From an uncultured Bacilli bacterium (lineage in GTDB: Bacteria > Bacillota_I > Bacilli_A > RF39 > UBA660), in assembly GCA_944332695.1 (NCBI GenBank), contig CALVKL010000003.1:1-36311 (forward strand): DNA of 36,311 bases, read 5' to 3'. This document shows positions 9,683 through 19,686 of the stretch, piece by piece. The notes under the pieces were generated by a model. The model did no database searches. It was not told the origin of the DNA and was given only the letters and a program-made list of their open reading frames with translations. The translations under genes were made by a program, and so were the position numbers. The first letter of the stretch is position 1. Every line of letters starts with the position of its first letter.

Positions 9683-9700
9683 AAAGAAAGGAGGATAATA

Positions 9701-10114
9701 ATGCCTACAATCAATCAATTAGTTAGAAAAAATCGTAAGAATAAAACTAGAAAGAGTAAATCACCAGTTTTAAATATTGGTTTTAACAGCAAAGATAAAG
9801 TAAGAACAAATCAAAATTCACCTCAAAAACGTGGTGTTTGTACTCGTGTTGGGACGATGGCACCTAAAAAACCAAACTCTGCGTTACGTAAATATGCCCG
9901 TGTAAGATTATCTAATGGAATGGAAGTAACTGCTTATATTCCTGGAGAAGGACATAATTTACAAGAACACTCAGTAGTTTTAATTCGTGGCGGTCGTGTT
10001 AAAGACTTAATCGGCGTTAGATATCACATTATTCGTGGTACTATGGATACGGCTGGAATCGAAAAACGTCGTCAAGGACGTAGTAAATATGGTAGTAAAA
10101 AACCTAAAAAATAA
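9701..10114 (+). CDS. rpsL: 30S ribosomal protein S12
   Basis: [27 protein letters not shown]; AAGGAGG RBS sets the start at 9701. Confidence 0.99.
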   Translation: MPTINQLVRKNRKNKTRKSKSPVLNIGFNSKDKVRTNQNSPQKRGVCTRVGTMAPKKPNSALRKYARVRLSNGMEVTAYIPGEGHNLQEHSVVLIRGGRVKDLIGVRYHIIRGTMDTAGIEKRRQGRSKYGSKKPKK

Positions 10115-10128
10115 GAAAGGAGATAGTT

Positions 10129-10596
10129 ATGCGTAAAAGACGTGCAGTTAAAAGAGACGTATTACCAGATCCATTATATAATTCAAAATTAGTTACTAAA
10201 TTAATTAATCGTTTAATGGTCGATGGCAAAAAAGGAGTTGCTCAAACAATTCTATATGACTCTTTTGAAATAATTAAAGAAAAAACAAATTCTGAACCAA
10301 TGGACGTTTTAAATAAAGCTTTAGAAAATATTAAACCAGCTTTAGAAGTTAAATCACGTCGTGTTGGTGGAGCTAACTATCAAGTTCCAGTTGAAGTAAG
10401 ACCAGATAGAAGTCAAGCTTTAGGATTAAGATGGTTAGTACAATATGCTAGATTAAGAGGCGGTCATTCAATGGCTGAAAATTTAGCAAATGAAATAATT
10501 GATGCATCAAATGGTGTTGGTGCAGCAGTTAAAAAACGTGAAGATACTCACAGAATGGCAGAAGCTAATAAGGCATTTGCACATTATAGATGGTAA
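10129..10596 (+). CDS. rpsG: 30S ribosomal protein S7
   Basis: [26 protein letters not shown]. Confidence 0.99.
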   Translation: MRKRRAVKRDVLPDPLYNSKLVTKLINRLMVDGKKGVAQTILYDSFEIIKEKTNSEPMDVLNKALENIKPALEVKSRRVGGANYQVPVEVRPDRSQALGLRWLVQYARLRGGHSMAENLANEIIDASNGVGAAVKKREDTHRMAEANKAFAHYRW

Positions 10597-10611
10597 GAAA
10601 GGAAATAGTTT

Positions 10612-12684
10612 ATGGCTCGTGAATATAGTCTAGAAAAAACTCGTAATTTTGGTATCATGGCCCATATTGATGCAGGTAAAACAACTTGTACTGAACGTGT
10701 TTTATTCCATACAGGTAAGATTCATAAAATTGGTGAAACTCACGATGGTGAATCACAAATGGACTGGATGGCTCAAGAACAAGAAAGAGGTATTACAATT
10801 ACTTCAGCGGCTACAACAGCTTTTTGGAAAAATCATAGATTAAATATCATTGATACTCCAGGACATGTTGACTTTACTGTTGAAGTTTCTCGTTCACTTC
10901 GTGTATTAGACGGTGCTGTTGCTTTATTAGATGCACAAGCAGGTGTTGAACCACAAACTGAAACTGTATGGCGTCAAGCTACTGAATTTAAAGTGCCAAG
11001 AATGATTTTCTGTAACAAAATGGATAAGATGGGGGCTAATTTTGAATATAGTTTATCTACTATTGATTCAAGATTAGGAGTTAATGCAAAACCTATCGAA
11101 TGGCCAATTGGTGCCGAAAACGAGTTTAATGGTATTATCGATTTAGTTACAAAAAAAGCCTATCAATATGATGGTGAACAACAAGAAAATGCTAAAGAAA
11201 TTGAAATTCCAGCTGATATGGTTGATTTAGTTGAAGAAAAACACAACGAATTAATTGAAGCAGTAGCTGAATTTGATGATGAATTAATGAATAAATATTT
11301 AGAAGGTGAAGAAATTTCTGTTGACTTAATTAAAAAAGCAATCAGAAAAGGAACTTTAGCAGTTGAATTCTTCCCTGTATTATGTGGAACTGCTTTAGGA
11401 AATAAAGGTGTTAAGTTATTACTTGATGCTGTTATCGACTATTTACCAAGTCCAGTTGATATTGAAGCTATTAAAGGTGTAGATTTAGATGGAAAAGAAA
11501 TTGCAAGACATCCATCAGATTCTGAACCATTTTCTGCTTTAGCATTTAAAGTTATGACTGATCCATTCGTTGGTAAATTAACATTCTTTAGAGTTTACTC
11601 AGGACATTTAACAAGTGGTTCTTATGTATTAAACGCAACTAAAGATAAAAAAGAAAGAATCGGTCGTATTCTACAAATGCATGCTAATAATAGAACAGAA
11701 ATATCTGAAGTATATGCCGGAGATATTGCTGCAGCAGTCGGACTTAAAGATACAACTACTGGTGATACTTTATGTGATGAAAAGAAACCTTGTATCCTAG
11801 AATCAATGGAATTCCCAGAACCTGTTATTGAACTTGCTGTTGAACCAAAATCAAAAGCAGATCAAGATAAAATGGGAATAGCGTTACAGAAATTAGCTGA
11901 AGAAGATCCAACTTTTAGAGCTAGTACAAATCATGAAACAGGTCAAACAATCATTGCTGGTATGGGTGAATTACACTTGGATATCATCGTTGATAGAATG
12001 AAAAGAGAGTTTGGTGTAGAAGCTAATATTGGTAAACCACAAGTATCTTATCGTGAAACATTAACCGCTACTGCTGAATGTGAAGGTAAGTATATTAAAC
12101 AATCAGGTGGTCGTGGACAATATGGACATGTATGGATTAAATTCGAACCAAACCCTGATAAAGGTTATGAATTTGTCGATGCCGTAGTAGGTGGTGTAGT
12201 TCCAAGAGAATACATTCCTGTTACCGATAAAGGATTACAAGATGCTATGAAAACTGGTGTTTTAGCTGGTTATCCGATGATTGATGTTAAAGCAACATTA
12301 TTTGATGGATCTTATCATGATGTTGACTCATCTGAAATGGCTTACAAAATAGCTGCTTCAATGGCATTAAAAGAAGCTCGAAACAAATGTAAACCAGTTT
12401 TACTTGAACCAATTATGAAAGTACAAGTAGTAGTTCCTGATGAATATTTAGGTTCAGTTATGGGAGATATTACTTCTCGTCGTGGTCGTCCACTTGGTCA
12501 AGAATCAAGAGGAAATGCATTAGCTATTGATGCAATGGTACCTTTAGCTGAAATGTTTGGGTATGCAACAAGTTTAAGAAGTAATACACAAGGAAGAGGA
12601 ACATTTACAATGGTGTTTGATCATTATGAAGAAGTTCCAAAAAATATTGCTGAAGATATTATCAAAAAAAATGGTACAAATTAA
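10612..12684 (+). CDS. fusA: Elongation factor G
   Basis: [34 protein letters not shown]. Confidence 0.99.
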   Translation: MAREYSLEKTRNFGIMAHIDAGKTTCTERVLFHTGKIHKIGETHDGESQMDWMAQEQERGITITSAATTAFWKNHRLNIIDTPGHVDFTVEVSRSLRVLDGAVALLDAQAGVEPQTETVWRQATEFKVPRMIFCNKMDKMGANFEYSLSTIDSRLGVNAKPIEWPIGAENEFNGIIDLVTKKAYQYDGEQQENAKEIEIPADMVDLVEEKHNELIEAVAEFDDELMNKYLEGEEISVDLIKKAIRKGTLAVEFFPVLCGTALGNKGVKLLLDAVIDYLPSPVDIEAIKGVDLDGKEIARHPSDSEPFSALAFKVMTDPFVGKLTFFRVYSGHLTSGSYVLNATKDKKERIGRILQMHANNRTEISEVYAGDIAAAVGLKDTTTGDTLCDEKKPCILESMEFPEPVIELAVEPKSKADQDKMGIALQKLAEEDPTFRASTNHETGQTIIAGMGELHLDIIVDRMKREFGVEANIGKPQVSYRETLTATAECEGKYIKQSGGRGQYGHVWIKFEPNPDKGYEFVDAVVGGVVPREYIPVTDKGLQDAMKTGVLAGYPMIDVKATLFDGSYHDVDSSEMAYKIAASMALKEARNKCKPVLLEPIMKVQVVVPDEYLGSVMGDITSRRGRPLGQESRGNALAIDAMVPLAEMFGYATSLRSNTQGRGTFTMVFDHYEEVPKNIAEDIIKKNGTN

Positions 12685-12694
12685 TCAAAAATAC

Positions 12695-12723
12695 TTGAAT
12701 TTTTAGATTAATTAGTATAAAAT
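12695..12723 (+). promoter_or_regulatory. Internal SigA promoter for tuf
   Basis: TTGAAT-17-TAAAAT. Confidence 0.65.
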
Positions 12724-12755
12724 TATAATGTAATTAATAAGGAGGAAATTTTAAT

Positions 12756-13940
12756 ATGGCAAAACAAAAATTTGATCGTTCAAAACCACATGTTAATATT
12801 GGTACAATTGGACACGTAGATCATGGTAAAACAACTTTAACAGCGGCTATTACTAAATATTTAGCTGATAAAGGTCAAGCAGACTTTGTTGATTATGCAA
12901 ATATCGATAAAGCTCCAGAAGAAAGAGCAAGAGGTATTACTATTAATACTGCACACGTTGAGTATCAAACTGATAAAAGACACTATGCTCACGTAGACTG
13001 CCCAGGACATGCCGATTATGTTAAAAACATGATTACTGGTGCAGCTCAAATGGATGGTGCTATCTTAGTTATTGCTGCTACAGATGGACCTATGGCTCAA
13101 ACTCGTGAACATATCTTATTATCACGTCAAGTTGGAGTACCTCGTATGGTTGTATTTATGAACAAATGCGACATGGTTGATGATGAAGAATTATTAGATT
13201 TAGTTGAAATGGAAATTCGTGAATTATTAAGTGAATATGATTTTGACGGAGATAATACTCCTATTATCAGAGGATCAGCTTTAAAAGCATTAGAAGGAGA
13301 TGCAGCATATCAAGAAAAAATTCAAGAACTTATGGATGCTGTTGATACATGGATTGAAACTCCAGAACGTGACACTGATAAACCATTCTTAATGCCAATT
13401 GAAGATGTATTTACAATCACTGGTCGTGGTACAGTTGTTACAGGACGTGTTGAAAGAGGTCAATTAAAACTTAACGATGAAGTTGAAATTGTTGGTTTGA
13501 AAGATACTAAGAAAACTGTTGTTACAGGAATTGAAATGTTCCGTAAACAATTAGATTATGCTGAAGCAGGAGATAACGCTGGTGTATTATTACGTGGTGT
13601 TTCTCGTGACGAAGTTGAAAGAGGTCAAGTATTAGCTAAACCAGGTACTGTTACTCCTCATACTAAATTCAAAGCTACTGTTTATATCTTAACTAAAGAA
13701 GAAGGAGGACGTCATAAACCATTCTTTACAAATTATCGTCCACAATTCTATTTTAGAACTACAGATGTTACAGGTGTTATTGAATTACCAGCAGGTACTG
13801 AAATGGTTATGCCAGGTGATAATGTTGAAATCACTGTTGAATTAATCGCTCCAATTGCTATCGAAAACGGAACAAAATTCTCTATCCGTGAAGGTGGACA
13901 CACTGTTGGTGCTGGTAACGTTTCAGAAATTATTAAATAA
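12756..13940 (+). CDS. tuf: Elongation factor Tu
   Basis: [44 protein letters not shown]. Confidence 0.99.
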   Translation: MAKQKFDRSKPHVNIGTIGHVDHGKTTLTAAITKYLADKGQADFVDYANIDKAPEERARGITINTAHVEYQTDKRHYAHVDCPGHADYVKNMITGAAQMDGAILVIAATDGPMAQTREHILLSRQVGVPRMVVFMNKCDMVDDEELLDLVEMEIRELLSEYDFDGDNTPIIRGSALKALEGDAAYQEKIQELMDAVDTWIETPERDTDKPFLMPIEDVFTITGRGTVVTGRVERGQLKLNDEVEIVGLKDTKKTVVTGIEMFRKQLDYAEAGDNAGVLLRGVSRDEVERGQVLAKPGTVTPHTKFKATVYILTKEEGGRHKPFFTNYRPQFYFRTTDVTGVIELPAGTEMVMPGDNVEITVELIAPIAIENGTKFSIREGGHTVGAGNVSEIIK

Positions 13941-13943
13941 TTT

Positions 13944-13977
13944 AAAAAAACTGTTAAATCAAATTAACAGTTTTTTT
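13944..13977 (+). terminator. Intrinsic terminator after tuf (possibly bidirectional)
   Basis: AAAAAAACTGTTAA-atcaaa-TTAACAGTTTTTTT. Confidence 0.85.
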
Positions 13978-13990
13978 GTGCGGTTTTTAT

Positions 13991-14015
13991 AAAAAAATAC
14001 CTAAAAATAGGTATT
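13991..14015 (-). terminator. Intrinsic terminator of rpmB
   Basis: Minus strand AATACCTA-TTTT-TAGGTATT followed by a T tract. Confidence 0.7.
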
Positions 14016-14184
14016 ATGCAGATTTTTTTAAAGTTCTTAATTCTCTAGCACTCATTCTAATTGTTTCACCGTTATCTAAAGTTACTTTTTGTAAATTAGG
14101 TTTTCTTACGTGTTTAGTGGCACGGCAAGAGTGTGATCTTAAATTACCACTTAAAGGTTTTTTACTTGTTACTTTTTTAGCCAT
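14014..14184 (-). CDS. rpmB: 50S ribosomal protein L28 (56 aa; not in the ORF track)
   Basis: Manual translation [56 protein letters not shown]; G N.RSH, T.., PNLQ and SAR.LRT motifs; AAGGAGG RBS. Confidence 0.95.
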   Translation of the reverse strand: MAKKVTSKKPLSGNLRSHSCRATKHVRKPNLQKVTLDNGETIRMSARELRTLKKSA

Positions 14185-14214
14185 ATTATTCCTCCTTGTC
14201 TTCTTCGCTATTAC

Positions 14215-14243
14215 ATTTTACTATATATTATTAAATAAGTCAA
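14215..14243 (-). promoter_or_regulatory. SigA promoter of rpmB
   Basis: Minus strand TTGACT-17-TAAAAT. Confidence 0.75.
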
Positions 14244-14300
14244 ATATTTCTTTAAAATTTATATAAAATATAGTAAAATAGTACTAAGGAGTTGATAGCA

Positions 14301-17138
14301 ATGGGACCACTTTATATTAAAACTGACAATAGCTTATTGAGTAGTTTAATTAAAATAGACGATTTAATTAATTTTGCTATCAAACATAATATAAAATCTT
14401 TAGCCATTACTGATAATAGTATGTATGGTGTACTAGAATTTTATATTAAATGTAAAAAAAATAACATTAAACCGATTATTGGTTTAGAAATAAATGATAT
14501 TGTTTTATACGCAATTAATTATGAGGGGTATAAAAACTTAATTAAATTAAGTACAATTAATTCAAAAGAAAAAGTTGATTTAAATATTTTAATGAAATAT
14601 AGTGATGAATTAGTTTGTATTGTTCCATATTATAATTTAGAAAATTATGATAATTATAAATTTTATAAGTATTTATATCAAGGTTATACTAATTTAGATG
14701 AAAAGAAGAGTTTGACCGGTAAAACAGTTTATTTAAATGAAATTTTATATTTAGAGGAAAGCGACCGTAGTTATTTAAAATATTTATATGCAATTAATAA
14801 AGGCGTGAGCGCTAAAGAAATTATTTTAAATAAACACGACAATCATTTATTAAATTATCAATTATATGATAATGATTGCAACGAAGAAATCATTGATTTA
14901 TGTAATGTTGTTTTGCCACTTAAGCAAAATTTGTTGCCTATATATAAATGTCCTAATGATTTGGATAGTTATTCTTATTTAAAGCAATTAGTTATTAAAG
15001 GTTTGAAAAATATTTTTGGTGAAAAAGTAAATAAAATATATTTGGATAGATTAAAATATGAATTAGATATTATTAATAAAATGGGTTTTTGTAATTATTT
15101 TTTAATTGTTTGGGATTATGTTAAGTATGCCAAAGAAAACAAAATTTTAGTTGGACCGGGAAGAGGAAGTGCCGCAGGATCTTTAGTTTCTTATTGTTTA
15201 GGTATAACGACTGTTGATCCAATTAAATATAACTTGTTGTTTGAAAGATTTTTAAACCCTGAAAGAATAAGTATGCCTGATATCGATATTGATTTTGAAT
15301 ATACAAGAAGAGAAGAAGTATTAAATTATTGTATCAATAAATACGGAACAAAAAAAGTTGCCCCAATTATTACTTTTGGAACTTTAGGAAGTAAGCAAGT
15401 AATAAGAGATGTTGGAAAAATTTTGAATATTGACAATAAAGTAATTGATAAATTTTCTAAGTTAATTGATGCTAAAAAAAGTTTATATGATAATTATACT
15501 CAAATAAAACAACATATAAACGATATTGAAATAAAAAAATTATATAAAATTGCTTTGAAATTAGAAGGATTAAAACGTCATACTAGTATTCATGCTGCAG
15601 GAGTTGTAATGGCCAATGATGATTTAGATGAAATAATTCCATTAGTCTATCATGATAGTTTTTATATAACTGGTTATTCTATGGAATATTTAGAAGATTT
15701 AGGATTGTTGAAAATGGATTTTTTAGCTTTAAAAAATTTAACTTTAATTAATAATGTTTTAAAAGAGACAAATATTAATTTTGATGATATTTCATTAAAT
15801 GACAAAGATGCTATAAAAGTATTTTATGATGTTGATACAATTGGTATTTTTCAATTTGAATCTAGTGGTATGATTAATTTTTTAAAAAAATTTAAAATAA
15901 GTAATTTTGATGATATTGTTGCTGCTATTGCTTTATTTAGGCCAGGTCCTATGCAGAATATTGATACATATATCAATCGAAAAAACAAGAAAGAAAAATA
16001 TGAGATTATAGAACCATTAAAACCAATTTTAAGCTCAACTTATGGTATTATCATTTATCAAGAACAAATAATGCAGATAGCCAATGTTTTAGCAAATTAT
16101 TCGTTAGCAGAAGCTGATATATTACGAAAAGCAATGAGTAAAAAAAAGGAAGATATATTACTTACTGAAAAAGATAAATTTATCAAAAAGACCGTTAATA
16201 ATGGTTATACTAACAAGATGGCTAACGATATTTATAATTTAATTTTAAAATTTGCGTCTTTTGGTTTTAATAAAGCTCATTCGGTTTCATATGCTTTAAT
16301 TGCTTATAAAATGGCTTATTTAAAAGCTCATTATTATCCTGTTTTTATGAAACATTTATTATCGATGGTTATTGGTAGTGAAATTAAAACCAAAGAATAT
16401 CTTAATATGTGTAAAAGCAAACTAGAGATTATTAATCCTAGTATCAATGAAAGCGATATTGATTATATTATTAAAGATAATCAAATTGTATATCCTTTAA
16501 CTAATATTAAAAATGTTGGGTTAGCGGTAGCCAAGGTTATTGTCGAAGAGAGAAAAAAATCTAAATTTAAAGATATATTTGACTTTTTTATTCGCTGTTA
16601 TGGTAAAAATGTAAATAATAAAGTAATTGAAAATTTAAATAAAGCAGGATGTTTTAATGAGTTTTGTAATCAACAAACTATTGACAATAATATTGATATT
16701 TTAACCAATTATAGTGAACTAGGCGGATTATTAGAAGATACTTTAAAACCGGAGTTAATCAATTATCAAGAATATCCTAGACAACAATTAATGAGTAGAG
16801 AAATTGAAGTTTTAGGAACTTATTTAAGCAGTCATCCTGTTGCTGATTTAAAAAATAAAATTAAGGCTATTAATTTAAAAGATATTGCCAGTTATTATAA
16901 TAAAAATATTATTACCTTAGCATATATTGAAAAGATTAAAAAAATTAAAACTAAGAATAATAAGGATATGTATTTCATTACTGGTAGTGATGAAAGTGAT
17001 ATTTGTGAATTTATTTTGTTTTCTAGCGAGTTTTGTGATATAATAATGGGGAATGTATATATAATAAATGGAAAAGTAGAAAAAAGGTTTGATAAATATC
17101 AAATAGTTATTAATCAAATAAGGAAGGTGCAAAATTGA
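14301..17138 (+). CDS. dnaE: DNA polymerase III alpha subunit DnaE
   Basis: PHP domain, GPGRGSAAGS, MPDIDIDF, HAAG, LLKMDFL, FNKAHS, C-terminal OB fold; ATG 14301 preferred from RBS spacing. Confidence 0.96.
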   Translation: MGPLYIKTDNSLLSSLIKIDDLINFAIKHNIKSLAITDNSMYGVLEFYIKCKKNNIKPIIGLEINDIVLYAINYEGYKNLIKLSTINSKEKVDLNILMKYSDELVCIVPYYNLENYDNYKFYKYLYQGYTNLDEKKSLTGKTVYLNEILYLEESDRSYLKYLYAINKGVSAKEIILNKHDNHLLNYQLYDNDCNEEIIDLCNVVLPLKQNLLPIYKCPNDLDSYSYLKQLVIKGLKNIFGEKVNKIYLDRLKYELDIINKMGFCNYFLIVWDYVKYAKENKILVGPGRGSAAGSLVSYCLGITTVDPIKYNLLFERFLNPERISMPDIDIDFEYTRREEVLNYCINKYGTKKVAPIITFGTLGSKQVIRDVGKILNIDNKVIDKFSKLIDAKKSLYDNYTQIKQHINDIEIKKLYKIALKLEGLKRHTSIHAAGVVMANDDLDEIIPLVYHDSFYITGYSMEYLEDLGLLKMDFLALKNLTLINNVLKETNINFDDISLNDKDAIKVFYDVDTIGIFQFESSGMINFLKKFKISNFDDIVAAIALFRPGPMQNIDTYINRKNKKEKYEIIEPLKPILSSTYGIIIYQEQIMQIANVLANYSLAEADILRKAMSKKKEDILLTEKDKFIKKTVNNGYTNKMANDIYNLILKFASFGFNKAHSVSYALIAYKMAYLKAHYYPVFMKHLLSMVIGSEIKTKEYLNMCKSKLEIINPSINESDIDYIIKDNQIVYPLTNIKNVGLAVAKVIVEERKKSKFKDIFDFFIRCYGKNVNNKVIENLNKAGCFNEFCNQQTIDNNIDILTNYSELGGLLEDTLKPELINYQEYPRQQLMSREIEVLGTYLSSHPVADLKNKIKAINLKDIASYYNKNIITLAYIEKIKKIKTKNNKDMYFITGSDESDICEFILFSSEFCDIIMGNVYIINGKVEKRFDKYQIVINQIRKVQN

Positions 17139-17488
17139 AAAAAGGGTTTACTTTAATTGAATTGTTAGGCGTCATTATTATTTTAGCAGTTATTGCTTCA
17201 ATCGCTACTATCAGTATTAATAGTAGTATGAAAAAAAGTAAAGAAGAACTTTATAATTTGCAAATTGAGAATATAATTAATGGAGCTAAAACATGGGCTA
17301 GTAGTAATGTATTTAATTTACCAGATGATAATGGGGAAACGATTTATTTAACTTTATCTGAGTTAAAGCAATCCGGTTTTGTGGAAAAAGACATAGTTAA
17401 CCCCTTAACCAATGAACTTTTTAGTGATCAATTGAAAATTAAGATAACAAAAATCGATAATAATTATAGTTATGAAATAGTAGAATAA
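17135..17488 (+). CDS. Type IV pilin/pseudopilin-like protein
   Basis: KKG|FTLIELLGVIIIL class III signal with E5; TTG start overlaps the dnaE stop; AAGGTG RBS. Confidence 0.85.
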   Translation: MKKGFTLIELLGVIIILAVIASIATISINSSMKKSKEELYNLQIENIINGAKTWASSNVFNLPDDNGETIYLTLSELKQSGFVEKDIVNPLTNELFSDQLKIKITKIDNNYSYEIVE

Positions 17489-17503
17489 AATAGGGGTGAA
17501 TTT

Positions 17504-18235
17504 ATGAATTTATTAGATATTGGAATTATTATATTTATTTTATTTGGTGCTGTTATTGGATTTAAAAGAGGATTTACAAAAGAATTAGTCGAAACTATCG
17601 GTTTTATTGTAATTGTTATTTTAGCTTATTTTTTAAAAAATCCATTATCAGTTTTAATGTATGAATATTTACCATTTTTTGAATTTGGGTTATTAAAGAA
17701 TGTTGAAATATTTAATATTTTAATTTATGAGGCGCTAGCTTTTCTTATTTGTATAATTATTTTGTCGGTAATTTTAAAAGCAGCTTTGTTAGCTAGCTCA
17801 GTTTTCGAAAAAATTTTAAATGCCACTATCATTTTAGCAATTCCATCTAAAATTGCAGGAGCAATTGTTGGATTAATCTATCATTTTATTGTATCGTTTG
17901 TTGTCTTATATATTATATCTATCTTTTGCTTTGATATTGATATTGTTAACAATTCGAAATTAAAAGATAAAATATTAAATAATACGCCAATTTTATCTGG
18001 TGTTATTGATAAAGGAATTGAAATAATTGATGAATTTATAGAATTAAAAAATAAATACAGTGACCGAACAATTAGTGAAGCAGAATTTGATTATCAAGCG
18101 ATTAAATTATTTTTAGAATATGAAATAATAACGCCTTCTTCTTTAGAAAAATTAATTGAACAGGGAAAAATTGAAAAATTTGATAGTTATGGTGATTTGA
18201 TTAAAACGTATAAGGAGGATACTAATGGAAATTAA
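17504..18235 (+). CDS. cvpA: CvpA-family membrane protein
   Basis: D..II......GFKRGF..EL, SKIAGAIVG, NSKL motifs; multiple TM segments. Confidence 0.8.
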   Translation: MNLLDIGIIIFILFGAVIGFKRGFTKELVETIGFIVIVILAYFLKNPLSVLMYEYLPFFEFGLLKNVEIFNILIYEALAFLICIIILSVILKAALLASSVFEKILNATIILAIPSKIAGAIVGLIYHFIVSFVVLYIISIFCFDIDIVNNSKLKDKILNNTPILSGVIDKGIEIIDEFIELKNKYSDRTISEAEFDYQAIKLFLEYEIITPSSLEKLIEQGKIEKFDSYGDLIKTYKEDTNGN

Positions 18236-18530
18236 AGATAGAAATGAGTTTCAAAATATTATTAATAGTGATTATGCTTTGGTAGATTTTTATGCTACTT
18301 GGTGTGGACCTTGCAAAATGTTAAGTCCAATAATCGAAAATATCGCTTTAAGCCGTAATAATATAAAAGTAGCTAAAGTTGATGTTGATAAACATGAAGA
18401 TTTAGCTAAAACTTATGGCGTTATGTCAATACCCACATTAATTTTATTTAAAAATGGTAAAGTAGTTGATACTAAAGTGGGGTTTGCCGCAGAACCTTTA
18501 TTAAATGAATGGATTAATAATCATCGCTAA
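18225..18530 (+). CDS. trxA: Thioredoxin
   Basis: VDFYATWCGPCK, GVMSIPTL. Confidence 0.96.
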   Translation: MEIKDRNEFQNIINSDYALVDFYATWCGPCKMLSPIIENIALSRNNIKVAKVDVDKHEDLAKTYGVMSIPTLILFKNGKVVDTKVGFAAEPLLNEWINNHR

Positions 18531-19222
18531 TGCAACGTTATTTTAGTGAAATAAAAAAAGACAATTTATTGTTTTTAAATAAGAATGATATATATCATAT
18601 AAAAACAGTTATGCGAATGAAAGAAAATGATAGAATTGAAGTAGTTTATCAAAAACAACTTCACATTTGCCAATTAGATAGTGAATATAATGCCAAAATA
18701 GAAAAAATAATTACTAATGAATTTACTAAAAAACAATATGTTTTGTGTGTTCCTATTTTACAAGAACAAAAAATGTCTTTCGTTTTACAAAAAGCTACTG
18801 AATTAGGTGTTGATGTAATTGTTCCTATTTTAACTAATAGAAGTAAGATTAAAATAGATGGTAAAGAAACAAAAAAACTTGAACGTTGGCAAAAAATTTG
18901 CAAAGAAGCTAGTGAACAGTCTAAAAGACTAACGATTCCCCAAATAAGTTCAGCCACAAAAATAACTGATTTAAATTTTAGTGGTTTGAAATTAGTTTGC
19001 AGTGTTAAAGAAAAAAATAATACTTTAAAAAAAATATTAAAAGATAATTTAAATTATGATAAAATAGTGATGGTGATTGGTCCAGAAGGTGGCCTAACGC
19101 CTTTAGAAGAAAAACAGTTAATTGATCTTAACTTTATTCCTATTTCATTGGGTAATAATGTTTTAAGAGTTGAAACTGTTCCTATTTATTTGCTTAGTAT
19201 TTTAAATTATGAGATGGAGTGA
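18530..19222 (+). CDS. rsmE: 16S rRNA m3U1498 methyltransferase
   Basis: MQRYF, HI..VMR, QKATELGV, EASEQSKR, IGPEGG, LG..VLRVET. Confidence 0.95.
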   Translation: MQRYFSEIKKDNLLFLNKNDIYHIKTVMRMKENDRIEVVYQKQLHICQLDSEYNAKIEKIITNEFTKKQYVLCVPILQEQKMSFVLQKATELGVDVIVPILTNRSKIKIDGKETKKLERWQKICKEASEQSKRLTIPQISSATKITDLNFSGLKLVCSVKEKNNTLKKILKDNLNYDKIVMVIGPEGGLTPLEEKQLIDLNFIPISLGNNVLRVETVPIYLLSILNYEME

Positions 19223-19227
19223 TTGTA

Positions 19228-19686
19228 ATGGATTTGATTAATAATATTTTAAATTATAAATATGTATTTATTGGCTTATTATCTTTATTACTGTTGATAA
19301 TAGTTTTAATTATCGTTTTAAAACCAAAAAAGGTTAAACCAATTGAAACAAGAGTCGATGATAAAGTTGATACTAAAACTAATATTGAACAAGTAATTGA
19401 AGCTTTAGAAGAAACTACGGAAAGAAGGCCAATGACTACTTTTGAAGAAGAACAAGAAGCTAATGCGATTATTAGTTATCAAGAATTAGTACAAGCTGTT
19501 AACGAAAAGAAAGCACGAGTTGATGAAGAACCTAAAAACTTAGAACAAGAAGTAGTTGAACCACCTAAACCAAGTGTCGAACAGCCAAAATTTAAAAATA
19601 GCGAATTTATTTCCCCAGTTTTTGGTAAAGATAGTAATAATGATGACTTTTTAAAAGAACTAAAAGATTTTAGAAGAAATTTATGA
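19228..19686 (+). CDS. Hypothetical single-pass membrane protein with an acidic tail
   Basis: N-terminal TM segment, E/P-rich region, FISPVFG motif; overlaps both neighbours. Confidence 0.7.
   Translation: MDLINNILNYKYVFIGLLSLLLLIIVLIIVLKPKKVKPIETRVDDKVDTKTNIEQVIEALEETTERRPMTTFEEEQEANAIISYQELVQAVNEKKARVDEEPKNLEQEVVEPPKPSVEQPKFKNSEFISPVFGKDSNNDDFLKELKDFRRNL

Noticed and set aside
10649-13049. Nested ORFs 10649-10843 (+) and 12861-13049 (-)
   Set aside because: Alternative or antisense frames inside fusA and tuf, with no independent support.
13976-14266. 96-aa plus-strand ORF in the track
   Set aside because: It is the antisense shadow of rpmB, starts inside the tuf terminator and has no RBS.
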